64,000 nt of DNA, taken from positions 352,001-416,000 of the forward strand of contig CAWDVE010000016.1 of NCBI GenBank assembly GCA_963805625.1, in the 5' to 3' direction. Below the pieces are notes generated by a model. That model had not been told where the DNA came from and ran no database searches. It saw only the letters and a program-made list of their open reading frames with translations. Every line of letters begins with the position of its first letter. The stretch's first letter is position 1. Source of the DNA: an uncultured Candidatus Rokubacteria bacterium. Lineage in GTDB: Bacteria > Methylomirabilota > Methylomirabilia > Rokubacteriales > DASRDR01. Shown here in pieces: positions 1 through 9,537 of this stretch. Made by a program: the position numbers and the translations under genes.

Positions 1-449
1 AGGATGCCGAGCCAGAAGGTGGGTGTTGCCAGCGCAAGCGCGTTCAGTAGCGTGAGGACACGGCTGACCGCCCAGCGAGGCCTGACGGCGGAGAGGATTC
101 CCAGGGGACCGCCGACCGCGAGCATGATCACCATTGTCCCCACCGCGAGGTGGAGCGTGGCGGGGAGGCGCTGGGCGACCAGCTCCGCCACGGGGCGGCG
201 GGTCGTGTAGGAGAGTCCCAGATCGCCCCGGGCGAGGCGCCCGAGCCACGTCAGGTACTGCACCGCCAGGGGACGGTCGAGCTGGTAGACGTGCCGCAGC
301 GCCGCCACCTGGTCGGGTGTGGCGTTCGGGCCCGCCATGGTCACGGCGGGGTCACCGGGAACGAGGCGGATGAACAGGAACACGACGACACTGCTCAGGA
401 AAAGGACCGGCACGGCCTGCAAGAGGCGCGCCCCGACGTACGACATCAT
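1..449 (-). CDS. Peptide/nickel ABC transporter permease (DppB/OppB-like), 3' end runs off the window
   Basis: Manual translation MMSYVGARLLQAVPVLFLSSVVVFLFIRLVPGDPAVTMAG...GDLGLSY...RLPATLHLA; lies directly downstream of a family-5 binding protein. Confidence 0.88.
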   Translation of the reverse strand, partial: MMSYVGARLLQAVPVLFLSSVVVFLFIRLVPGDPAVTMAGPNATPDQVAALRHVYQLDRPLAVQYLTWLGRLARGDLGLSYTTRRPVAELVAQRLPATLHLAVGTMVIMLAVGGPLGILSAVRPRWAVSRVLTLLNALALATPTFWLGI

Positions 450-488
450 CGCCCGCGCTCCGGCCGGCCCTTTCGGGAGCGCGCGTTC

Positions 489-2048
489 CTAGGAGCCGAC
501 CTCGGTCCCGGCGAAGTGCGGCACCTGGTCGACGGGGTGCCGGTAATTCTTCACGCGCTGGCTGATCACCACCGGGATCACCCAGAACGCCAGGTTGACG
601 GTCCAGCTCTCCTCCGCCCAGATCGTCTGGATGCGGTCATACGTCCGCTTTCGCGCCTTCATGTCGGTCGTGCCGATCCCTTCGAGGACGAGCTTCTTGT
701 ACTCCTCGAAGAACGGCTGGGTCTCGATCTTCGCCCGGTTGTTGTTGATCCGGAGCGGGGAACTGTTGTTGATTCCCGAGGCGGGATCCAGCCGGCCATC
801 GCCGAGGCCGAAGGCGACCGTGTCCCACTCGCCCTTGCCGTAGGTGTCCCAGAACGCCGACTCTTCCTTCTCGATGATCGAGAGCTTGACGCCGATCTGC
901 GCGAGGTCCTGGGCCCAGATCTGGGCCATCTCCTTGGAGCCCGCGAGCTTGCCTAGCATGATCGACGTCTCGAAGCCGTTGGGGAGCCCCGCCTGCGCCA
1001 GAAGTGCCTTTGCGCGCGCAAGATCGAACTTGTACATCGTGCTGGCGGTCTCGGTGTACCAGGGCGCCGACGGCAGGTAGCGCGACTGGGTGGCCGGCGC
1101 CAGGCTGAAGTAGGCGAGCTTCGCGATCTTCGCGCGGTCTACACTCCAGTTCATGGCCTGGCGAACGAGCTTGTTGTCGAACGGTTTGTGCGAGGTGTTG
1201 ATTACGTTCGTGTACCAGAATCCACCCGGCGGCGGGGTGATCACCTGCACCCGTTTGTCGGTCTTCAGGCGGACAACGTCAGCCGGCGCCACGGTATCCA
1301 CGAAGTCCGCACTGCCGCCGAGCAGGTTCGCAATGCGGGCCTGATCGTCCGCGATGATCTTGACGGTCACCCGATCGAGGACAGGCTTGCCCTTCTCCCA
1401 GTATTGCTCGAAACGCTGGAGTTCGAGCTTGTCGCCGGGCGCGTAACTCAGGAACTTGAAGGGGCCGCTGCCCACTGGCTTGGTGGCGACGTCTGCCATC
1501 GCCTCCTTGGGAATGATGTACAGCAGGGTGAGATCGTCGAGCTTGAGGGGATAGGCCTGCTTGTACGTGATCTTGACGGTCTCGCGGTCAACGGCCTCGG
1601 CGCCGTCGACCGTGGGGTCGAAGTAGTCGAAGAGATAGTGGCCGATCGACTTGTCCTTGGCGCGGTTGACATTGTCCACGATGTCCTGGGACGTGAGGTC
1701 GCGGCCGTTGTGGAACTTGACACCCTTCCGTAGCTTGACCGTCAAGGTCTTGTCGGTTTCCTTCCAGGACTCCGCGAGCTGAGGGCTAGGGACGAACGCG
1801 TTCTTGCCCTGATAGTCGAAGAGGGCGCTGAAGATCTGCCCCTGGATGATCCACGCGCGCGTCTGGGCGAAATAAGGATCGAACTGGAGGTCGCCAGGCG
1901 CGGTGGCCACGAGCGACCCCCCCTGTGCCGCCCGGACCATCGTTGGAAGCGTTTGCCACACACTTCCGGCGGCCAGTCCCGCGAGTCCGGTCCGTACGAA
2001 CTGACGGCGACTGAGTGAAACGCCGACGGCCTCGAGTGCCTCGCGCAT
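489..2048 (-). CDS. ABC transporter substrate-binding protein, family 5, Tat-exported
   Basis: SRRQFV Tat motif, LRKGVKFHNG, PVGSGPFKF, VRQAMNWSVDR motifs; GGAGG RBS. Confidence 0.92.
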   Translation of the reverse strand: MREALEAVGVSLSRRQFVRTGLAGLAAGSVWQTLPTMVRAAQGGSLVATAPGDLQFDPYFAQTRAWIIQGQIFSALFDYQGKNAFVPSPQLAESWKETDKTLTVKLRKGVKFHNGRDLTSQDIVDNVNRAKDKSIGHYLFDYFDPTVDGAEAVDRETVKITYKQAYPLKLDDLTLLYIIPKEAMADVATKPVGSGPFKFLSYAPGDKLELQRFEQYWEKGKPVLDRVTVKIIADDQARIANLLGGSADFVDTVAPADVVRLKTDKRVQVITPPPGGFWYTNVINTSHKPFDNKLVRQAMNWSVDRAKIAKLAYFSLAPATQSRYLPSAPWYTETASTMYKFDLARAKALLAQAGLPNGFETSIMLGKLAGSKEMAQIWAQDLAQIGVKLSIIEKEESAFWDTYGKGEWDTVAFGLGDGRLDPASGINNSSPLRINNNRAKIETQPFFEEYKKLVLEGIGTTDMKARKRTYDRIQTIWAEESWTVNLAFWVIPVVISQRVKNYRHPVDQVPHFAGTEVGS

Positions 2049-2578
2049 TGCCTCGCCTCCTTGTTCCTGGCTCGATGCTCACGCCGTTCCGATGTGGGGA
2101 GAACCGAGGCCGTCCAACGCAACTCTTCGGCTGCGTGGGCGGGCGCCGGCGCCTTCCGGGGGCCAGTCCCAGAATGCGTGGAGTCTAGCGCGCCGTAGCC
2201 GGACACTGCAACGGCCCCGTTGGCCACGATAGCCCAGAAGCGAGCAACTGGTGGAGCGGCGCCGATGCCTTAGGCATACACGACTCGAGCCGGCGCGGCG
2301 CGCCGGCCTCGGAGAGGCGGGTGTAGCGGCGACGCCCGTTCTGACGCCAACGTATAGAGGGCACATCGGCTACGGAAGCCAGTGACTTGCGGTTCGAACG
2401 TTCAAGAAGGAGCTCGGGCCCAGACCACGCATCCAAGAATCGGCTGCCAACTGGCTACCAAGCGAGACGAACTAGCCCGACTCGGGACGATCTGGTCCAC
2501 CAGGCGGTTCTCTTCGATCTCGCGGGGTTCGCTCGTCCGAGGTAGCCTGAGTGCCGGCGTGTTCGGCCTCGTCCTCAC

Positions 2579-2623
2579 TTCGTAATCGACAGGTCGTCGG
2601 TTCAAGTCCGATCGTCGGCTCCA
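2579..2623 (+). mobile_element. 3' half of tRNA-Thr(CGT) (anticodon loop to CCA); att-like integration scar
   Basis: TTCGTAA-TCGAC-AGGTC-GTCGGTTCAAGTCCGAT-CGTCGGC-T-CCA gives anticodon loop, T-arm, acceptor 3' strand and CCA; upstream DNA cannot form the D-arm or acceptor 5' strand. Confidence 0.8.
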
Positions 2624-2830
2624 GTTTTTCTCGTGTTTGTTCAGACACTTCCGAACCAGACTCAACCTGACGGCCCTTGGCATCTTGCCAAACGGTGCCA
2701 AAACGGCGCCGCCCGTCATTCAACGACAGCGGACCTGGATTGGCGACGATGGCCGCCGATCCAGGTCCACAGAGATGAGCGAGCCGAAGGAGGCCTGACC
2801 GGCGCGCTCGGTCGAAAGATCCGCCAGCGG

Positions 2831-4003
2831 TCAGACGATCTGGACCCGCCGCGTGATTTGCCCGTTGCTCTCCCAGTAGGTCCGCTTGGTGGCAATGGCC
2901 GGATCGGTCATGGCTGGCTGGATGTTGCCGGCGGTGTCGGTCGCCCGCGAGGTAACGGTGTGCTCGCCGGCTGGCGGGCTGCCCCAGTCAAGCGTCCAAA
3001 ACTTCCACGAATACGCTGAGCCCCCTCCGCCCTCGGTGATGGTGGCCGGCATCCACGGTCCCCCGTCAACCTGCACTTCGACACTGGCGATTGGGCCGCC
3101 CCAGGCCGCCCCGGCAATCCGGCATTTGCCGTCCTTCCGGGTGACACGGGCCGGGGCGGACTTGAGCCGCGCCTTGCCGACGACGGTTTCAGTCCAGACC
3201 GGCTGCGCGTCGCGCTGCTCCTCGCGGATGGTCACATAGTCTCGGGCCATGAAGTGCCCCGCGAAGCGTGTGTCAATCACCTCGATGCGGTCGAGCCACT
3301 TCACGTTGGCCACGCCGTACCAGCCGGGCGTCAACAGCCGTAGTGGTGCGCCGTGACCGGCATCCAGCGGCTGCCCGTTCATCTCGTAGCAAAGCAAATT
3401 CTCCGGGCTCATCGCATCGCTGACTGACATACTGCGGGCGAACGGCGTCGTCAGATCCATGTCGCGGACCCTCTGCTTACCGATGTCGTGGGCGTAGAAG
3501 ACGATCTCTTTGCCCCTGTCCAGGATGCCCGCTTCCTGGAGCAGTGGCGCGAGCGCCGTGCCGGCCCAGGTGGCGTTGCCGATGCCACCCCAGAAGAACG
3601 GCAGGCCGGTGTTTCCCGCGCACTCCAGCGTGAAAGTGACCTCCTGGCGCGGACGGGCCTTCAGCTGGTCGATGGTCAGGCTGAGCGGCTGCTTGATCAG
3701 CCCAATGACATCGAGTCGCCATCTTTGTAGGTCGAACGTTGGCTGCCCGAAGTGTTTGACGGTGAAGAACTTGTTTGTGGGCGTGATCCAGGAATCGAGC
3801 TCTTCCCATTGCAGCTGCTGGCCGATGATCGCCTGGGCCGGCGGGGGTACGACGGCCGGCTGATCGAGCCAGGCGACGATCACCTCACCCTGCTCCAGCG
3901 GAACCGCCGCGACCAGGCGGTCAAGACGCAGGAACGCCAGCCCCGCCACCATGGCGCCGCCCGCCAACATCGCGTCACGTCGTGAGATCGTGTGTTTCCG
4001 CAT
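2831..4003 (-). CDS. Sulfite oxidase-family molybdopterin oxidoreductase (SoxC-like), Tat-exported
   Basis: SRRDAM Tat motif, LECAGN Mo-ligand Cys, YEMNGQPL..HGAPLRL..PGWYG..NVKWL, C-terminal dimerisation domain. Confidence 0.9.
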   Translation of the reverse strand: MRKHTISRRDAMLAGGAMVAGLAFLRLDRLVAAVPLEQGEVIVAWLDQPAVVPPPAQAIIGQQLQWEELDSWITPTNKFFTVKHFGQPTFDLQRWRLDVIGLIKQPLSLTIDQLKARPRQEVTFTLECAGNTGLPFFWGGIGNATWAGTALAPLLQEAGILDRGKEIVFYAHDIGKQRVRDMDLTTPFARSMSVSDAMSPENLLCYEMNGQPLDAGHGAPLRLLTPGWYGVANVKWLDRIEVIDTRFAGHFMARDYVTIREEQRDAQPVWTETVVGKARLKSAPARVTRKDGKCRIAGAAWGGPIASVEVQVDGGPWMPATITEGGGGSAYSWKFWTLDWGSPPAGEHTVTSRATDTAGNIQPAMTDPAIATKRTYWESNGQITRRVQIV

Positions 4004-4189
4004 GGAGTCCCTCCCAGTCGCTGCTGCCTGTATCGGCATCACAGCATCCGTGGAGCATAGGCCCGTGCGCACAACGGCGGTCTGATAGTCGCCTGGGTAT
4101 CAGGGATGGCTTCGGGTACCATACCACTGAACTCATTGGCGCGCCTGCTAGTCGGCGGGAAGCTGTTCGTGCCACGCCACCGCGCGAGC

Positions 4190-4387
4190 ATGACTGCGGC
4201 TATGCGAACCGTGCTTCGACTGGACGGCTGGCAGCAGCCAGGGGCGCGGCGCCCCCGCCCGCAGAAGTCCTCGCCCGGCTCATTCGAGAGTCCACAGGAT
4301 GGGCAACCGGTGGCCAGGGGCGCCGCGCACCTCGCGCAGCACCCACGCCATTCGCGGTTTCTCCGTGTGGCACCGGGGACACTGCAT
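4190..4387 (-). pseudogene. Frameshifted N-terminal remnant of a double-zinc-ribbon (adenylate/guanylate cyclase-type) gene
   Basis: Across frameshifts reads MQCPRCHTE.REWRGCCARCAAPLATGCPSCGLSNEPGEDFCG..AAPLAAASRPVEARFA*PQS. Confidence 0.6.
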
Positions 4388-4536
4388 CACCAGGGCCTCT
4401 GGTGCGCCAACGCTTGCCCTGCAGCGCGGTACCGACCTGTGCGGAAATTGTGCGGAGATGCGGGACGCCGTCGCGGTGCCGAGGGCGGCGCATGGAGCTC
4501 CCTTGTCCTGAGGTTGCTCCCGCATCAATCTTTGCC

Positions 4537-5307
4537 TCACTCCACGCCAGCCATCTCCACGCGCCACACCGGGCCGTTCAGGAACATCGCGCCCTCGAAG
4601 CGGACGAACGCGGGAATCTCCCCGAGCGCGAGCCAGTAGCGGAGATCGGGTGGGCTCTTCCCGATGACCGCCGCGACCAGCCCGGTGACCCCTCCGATCT
4701 CCAGGTTGACGAGATACCGGGCCGCCTGCTTCGCGTCACCGGCGAACACCACACGGTCCTCGCCCTCCCGGTGGAGGTCCATTCGGAGCAGTCGGGGCTT
4801 CGGCGTGAACGCCGCCAGCTGGGCGGTCGTCCTTCCCCCGGGAGGCAGGTTCTTCAGCATCAGGAGCGTCATGCCATTGGCGAGATCGGCGGGCATGTCG
4901 AACTCCCCGCTCGCCGTCTCCTCCGCAGCGCCGACACGCTCGCGCGTCTTCGCCTGGTAGCGTCCGCTCTTCCGGTCGAAGGAAATCTCCGCCCCCGGAA
5001 AGGATGGACCCCGCTGCTTCAGCCGATACGCCTCCAGCCGGAAGGCGTCGCGTTGCGAGTACGTCGTGGTCTCGTCGTGGATCGAGCCGTCCTTGAACTG
5101 AAGCAGGAGGCGGCTGTCGACCTCGTCGCCCCGCGGCTTCTGTGTGAGCTCGCCGTGTCCGATCCGCTCGCCCTGGGGCGTTCGTATCGCCAGGAACCCG
5201 CGGGTGGTCCCCTCGTGGAACCGCACGCGGACCGGCGCGGCCTCGAGGACGGTCGCGCACACGCACACGAGGGTGACGAGGAGCAGGCCGGATCGAAGGA
5301 GCCTCAC
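4537..5307 (-). CDS. Secreted hypothetical protein
   Basis: Signal peptide-like N-terminus (LLLVTLVCVCATVLEA-A), coherent beta-rich 256 aa ORF, GGAGG RBS. Confidence 0.75.
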   Translation of the reverse strand: MRLLRSGLLLVTLVCVCATVLEAAPVRVRFHEGTTRGFLAIRTPQGERIGHGELTQKPRGDEVDSRLLLQFKDGSIHDETTTYSQRDAFRLEAYRLKQRGPSFPGAEISFDRKSGRYQAKTRERVGAAEETASGEFDMPADLANGMTLLMLKNLPPGGRTTAQLAAFTPKPRLLRMDLHREGEDRVVFAGDAKQAARYLVNLEIGGVTGLVAAVIGKSPPDLRYWLALGEIPAFVRFEGAMFLNGPVWRVEMAGVE

Positions 5308-5445
5308 GACGCAACACCCTCCGCGCGAAGGCGGGCTATCGGCTGCTCACGGCCGGACTGCGCCCCCGTGCCTGGCCGCATGTTCGAGTGCCGAGCTCCT
5401 GCCTGTCTCGTGGCTCTGCCCGGCCTTCCTGTTTCCAATCGAGAC

Positions 5446-7398
5446 TCACTCATTCCGGAACTGCGCCTGCTCCGCCTGCTGGACGACCACCGCGCTGAGC
5501 TCGGCCGGCTCGACGGGCTTGGCGATGTATGTGTTGAAACCGGCCATGAGGGCCCGCACCCTCATCTGCGCGCCGGCATGAGCGGTCAGGGCGACCAGAG
5601 GCGTGCGGAGACCCCTAGCACGGATCGCACGCACCAGCGCCAGCCCATCCTCGCCCGGCATGGCCAGATCGCTCACGATCACATGGAAGGCCTCACGATC
5701 GACTGTCGCCAAGGCCTCCGCCGCGGAGGCGGCGGTCTGGACCGTGGCGCCCGCGGACTTCAGGAACCGCGCCACCAGCTCACGGCCATCGGCCTCGTCG
5801 TCCACGACGAGTACCCGGATGCCATTACAGCGGGGGCCTTCGTAGTGGCGTGGCTCGTCGACCACCTCGGCCCTGGCGAAGCGCACCGGCACGAGCGGTA
5901 GCGCCACCCTGAACGTGGCGCCCTGGCCGGTGCCGGGGCTCTCGGCCGAGACGGTGCCGCCCTGGAGCTCGACGAGATGCCGGACGATGGCGAGACCCAG
6001 GCCGAGTCCCCCGTGCAGTCGGCTGGTGGTCGCGTCAGCCTGCCGGAACCGATCGAAGATCACGGGAATCAGCTCTCGGGCGATCCCCGCTCCGTTGTCG
6101 ATGACCTGGATCAGGACACGCGAGTCCACGCGCTCCAGACGGACCTCGACCCGGCCCTGCCGGGGAGTGAACTTGACCGCGTTCGAGAGGAGGTTCCAGA
6201 GGATCTGCTGGAGCCGATCAGGATCGCCCATGACGACACACGTGCCCGACTCGAGATGGCTCGAGATCTGGATGTCCTTGGCCTGGGCCGCCGGCCGGAC
6301 CGTCTCGAGGGCCGCCAGCAGCACCGGGCCTAAATCGACGACGCGCATGTCCAGCCGCAACTTGCCTGCAATGATCCGCGAGAGGTCGAGCAGGTCGTCG
6401 ATGAGCTGGACCTGCTGGCGCGCGTTGCGCTCGATGCTCTCGAGGGCACGATGCAGCGTCGCCTCGTCCCGCTGCACCGTCGTGAGCACCTGGGCCCAGC
6501 CCAGGATGGCGGAAATCGGCGTTCGGAGCTCGTGCGACAGCGTTGCCAGAAAATCATCCTTCGCTCGGTTGGCCGACTCCGCGTCGCGCCGCGCGCTCTG
6601 CTCGCGGGCCAGTAGAGCCTGATAGTCCTTCTCCGCGCGCTTGCGCTGGGTGATGTCGGTCGCGATGGTGCAGACGGCGTACGGCTGGCCGACTCCGTCA
6701 TAAACGGGAAACCGGACCTGATGATAGATGCGGTCGGGTTCGCCCAGGCCGAGGGGTGCCTCGAATTCGAGGGTACGCCGCGTGGCCAGAGCCTCTTCCT
6801 CGTGCGCTCGCAGGAGTTCGGCTACCTCGCGATCGAAGAGGTCGTGGTCCCGCTGGCCCTTGAGCTCCGCCATGGGCCGGCCGGCGAGGCGCTCGTACTC
6901 CCGGTTCGCGAGGAGATAATGGCCGTCGGTGGCCTTCATGAAGAGGACCACGGGCGTGTGCTCGAGGATGGCATGGAGCAATCGGTCTCGCTCGCGGAGC
7001 GCGGTCTCCGCTTCGCGCAGCCGCAGGAGGGCGCGTATGGTGGCGATCAGCTCCTCCGTCTCGACCGGCTCGACCAGGTACGTATCCGCGCCGTGTTCCA
7101 GCGCTTGCAGGCGATCTGACCCGCGCGTGGCGGTGGCCGAAACGTGCAGGACGAGGAGCGCGGCCGTGTCCGGATCCGTCTTGAGGCGACGGCACACCTC
7201 GAGGCCACTCATGTCCGGCATGTTGACGTCGAGCAGGACGAGTGCAGGCTTGTGGATCGCTGCGAGGCGGAGGGCTTCCGTGCCGTTCGCGGCTTCCAGC
7301 ACGTTGAAGCCAGCCTTCCGGAGGGCTCGCGAACGCGCGTACAGCCCGGGAGCGTAGTCGTCGACGTTCAGAAGCGTGATCGGCGCGAGATCAGCCAT
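5446..7398 (-). CDS. Hybrid sensor histidine kinase (REC-PAS-HisKA-HATPase-REC)
   Basis: LLDVNMPD receiver, PAS, LSHELRTP H-box, NLLSNAVKFT, GLGLGLAI, C-terminal receiver. Confidence 0.95.
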   Translation of the reverse strand: MADLAPITLLNVDDYAPGLYARSRALRKAGFNVLEAANGTEALRLAAIHKPALVLLDVNMPDMSGLEVCRRLKTDPDTAALLVLHVSATATRGSDRLQALEHGADTYLVEPVETEELIATIRALLRLREAETALRERDRLLHAILEHTPVVLFMKATDGHYLLANREYERLAGRPMAELKGQRDHDLFDREVAELLRAHEEEALATRRTLEFEAPLGLGEPDRIYHQVRFPVYDGVGQPYAVCTIATDITQRKRAEKDYQALLAREQSARRDAESANRAKDDFLATLSHELRTPISAILGWAQVLTTVQRDEATLHRALESIERNARQQVQLIDDLLDLSRIIAGKLRLDMRVVDLGPVLLAALETVRPAAQAKDIQISSHLESGTCVVMGDPDRLQQILWNLLSNAVKFTPRQGRVEVRLERVDSRVLIQVIDNGAGIARELIPVIFDRFRQADATTSRLHGGLGLGLAIVRHLVELQGGTVSAESPGTGQGATFRVALPLVPVRFARAEVVDEPRHYEGPRCNGIRVLVVDDEADGRELVARFLKSAGATVQTAASAAEALATVDREAFHVIVSDLAMPGEDGLALVRAIRARGLRTPLVALTAHAGAQMRVRALMAGFNTYIAKPVEPAELSAVVVQQAEQAQFRNE

Positions 7399-7413
7399 TT
7401 AGGGGCCTCCTAA

Positions 7414-9537
7414 CTAAACCAACCCCAACCGGACCAGCGCGTGGGTCAGAGCGCTGTCCTGGTCGATTCGGGCGAGCGCGTCCTTCGAGACGATCGCGAC
7501 GACGCGATCTCCGAGAGCCGCCCGGTCGAACTCATCGAGATGCGTCGAGGTCAGAAGGACTACGGGAATCTCACGCGTGCTCGTATCCGCTGCCAGACGT
7601 GCGAGCACTTCCGCGCCTCTCAGATCGGGCATCATGAGGTCCAGGACGATGACGTCGGGACGCACCCGCCTGGCCTCAGTCAGCCCTTGCTCGCCACTCG
7701 CCGCTTCCACGATCTCGTGCTCCGTCAGCCTCTGGCGCAGCAGGTACCGCACGATCTCGTCGTCGTCGATGACGAGGACTCGCCGGCGCGGTCCCTGCCC
7801 GAACGACAGCTGCCGTAGCTCCCGCAACAGCCAAGCACGCTCGACCGGCTTCACGGCATACGCATCGGCACCAAGGGCCAGGCCCTTCGCCCGGTCGTCG
7901 ACGGTGGTCACGACGATGACCGGGACCTTCTGGAGAGCGGGATCCGACTTGGCCGCGGTGAGGAAGCTCCAGCTGTCCTGGGTGCCCAGGAGAACGTTCA
8001 GGATTATCGCCCGGGGCCGCTCCCGGGCGAGCGCTTGGCGGGCTTCCTGCAGTGATCGCGCCGGGATGAGCTGGAACTCCGATCCCTTCAGGTACTTCTC
8101 GTAGAGCAGCTGGTCTTCGGGCCTATCCTCGACGACGAGGACCGGCAGGCGCCACGGATCGGACGCGGGCACTTCGGCTGGCGGCCGCTCACCGTCCGTC
8201 AGGTAGACTCGCGGCACCGTCAGCACGAACGTCGAGCCCAGCCCGGGCGTGCTTGTCACCGACACCTGCCCCCCCACGAGATGAGCGAGCTTCCGGCAGA
8301 GTGGGAGACCCAGCCCGGTCCCCTTGGCTCGCCCCTGGAGCGCATTCTCGATCTGCGTGAAATCCTCGAAGATCCGCTCCTGATCCTCGGGGGCGATCCC
8401 GATTCCCGTGTCCGCGACTGCGAACACCACCTGGTCCTGGGATTCATTCGCGACTGCCGACACTCGGATCTCACCCCGCTCGGTGAACTTCAACGCGTTG
8501 GAGATGAAGTTCCGGAGGATCTGGGAGATCTTGGCTTCGTCGGTATGCAGCCGCGTACCGCCGTCGGGCTCTTCGAAGATCAGTCGCACGGAGTCGCCGA
8601 CCAGCAAGGGCCGCAGCATGCCACGGAGCGCACCGAAGAGGCCCTCCACCTCGAACTCGGTCGGGCGCACGACGATCTTGCCGGCCTCAACCTTGGCCAG
8701 GTCGAGCAGGTCCCCGACCAGCTCCGAGAGGTCCTGAGCTGCCTTGCGGACGAACTCCACCTGTCGTACCTGCTCTTCGGTGAGCTCCCCGTCGACCCGG
8801 GCCAGGAGGAGCCGGCTCAGCGCGAGGATCGAGTTCAGCGGGGTCCGGAACTCGTGGCTCATGTTGGAGAGGAAACGAGACTTCATTTCGTCGGCTCGCC
8901 GCAGGTGATCCGCGCGCTCGTCCAGCTCGGCGTAGAGGGCGACCACCCCACGATTGGTGTCGTCCAGCTCGCGGTTCACTCGGGCGAGCTCGTCCTGCCG
9001 AGTGCGTAGGTCGCTCAGGGCAGCGAGCAGCTCCCGATTTTGCCGCTGGAGCTCGGCCAGGGGATCGTCCGGGCGATCGCGGGCCAGCTCCTGGCTCAGA
9101 CCCTCGAGGTCGGCGGGCGTCAGCGGAGATGTTCCGGGCGGCAGGAGCTTCCGAAGCCAGACGGTCGTTCCCTGCGGGGATGTCTCGACGTGGAACCGAT
9201 CGACGAGCCGACGGGCTCCTACCAGCCCGAGCCCCATGCCGGTTGGAGACTGGTACTCGCCCCGGAGAATGCGGGCCAGGTCCGGAATGCCCGGACCACG
9301 GTCGGTCACCCGGACGAGGAAGACCTGCGGCGCGGTCTTCCCTTCGAGCACGAAGTCTACCTGTCCCCCCTGGGCATATCGGTAGGCGTTCCGCGCAATC
9401 TCGGACGTTGCCGTCGCCAAACGCGTCTGATCCTGGATGTCGAAGCCCAGCAGGCGCGCGATGGTTCGGGAGCGCTGTCGGGCCAGGACCACGTCCCCCT
9501 CGACCCGGATCGCGACGGACAGGAGAGGAAGGCTCAT
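7414..9537 (-). CDS. RsbT-like domain fused to hybrid histidine kinase with two receiver domains
   Basis: N-terminal ATATSEIARNA..DRGPGI..GMGLGL (RsbT-like), MSHEFRTP, NFISNALKFT, GTGLGL, two REC domains; ATGA overlap with the upstream gene. Confidence 0.93.
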   Translation of the reverse strand: MSLPLLSVAIRVEGDVVLARQRSRTIARLLGFDIQDQTRLATATSEIARNAYRYAQGGQVDFVLEGKTAPQVFLVRVTDRGPGIPDLARILRGEYQSPTGMGLGLVGARRLVDRFHVETSPQGTTVWLRKLLPPGTSPLTPADLEGLSQELARDRPDDPLAELQRQNRELLAALSDLRTRQDELARVNRELDDTNRGVVALYAELDERADHLRRADEMKSRFLSNMSHEFRTPLNSILALSRLLLARVDGELTEEQVRQVEFVRKAAQDLSELVGDLLDLAKVEAGKIVVRPTEFEVEGLFGALRGMLRPLLVGDSVRLIFEEPDGGTRLHTDEAKISQILRNFISNALKFTERGEIRVSAVANESQDQVVFAVADTGIGIAPEDQERIFEDFTQIENALQGRAKGTGLGLPLCRKLAHLVGGQVSVTSTPGLGSTFVLTVPRVYLTDGERPPAEVPASDPWRLPVLVVEDRPEDQLLYEKYLKGSEFQLIPARSLQEARQALARERPRAIILNVLLGTQDSWSFLTAAKSDPALQKVPVIVVTTVDDRAKGLALGADAYAVKPVERAWLLRELRQLSFGQGPRRRVLVIDDDEIVRYLLRQRLTEHEIVEAASGEQGLTEARRVRPDVIVLDLMMPDLRGAEVLARLAADTSTREIPVVLLTSTHLDEFDRAALGDRVVAIVSKDALARIDQDSALTHALVRLGLV

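Noticed and set aside
2265-2277. ATGCCT-T-AGGCAT palindrome upstream of the first ABC operon
   Set aside because: Single short palindrome with no second copy or nearby regulator; could be chance.
2545-2623. Complete tRNA-Thr gene
   Set aside because: No D-arm or acceptor 5' strand upstream of the anticodon loop; treated as an att-like fragment.
3982-5901. 639-aa plus-strand ORF and many similar long antisense or alternate-frame ORFs (e.g. 14849-16735, 15021-16784, 26426-28249, 39887-41863)
   Set aside because: Shadow ORFs expected in high-GC DNA; they overlap well-supported genes and show no family motifs.
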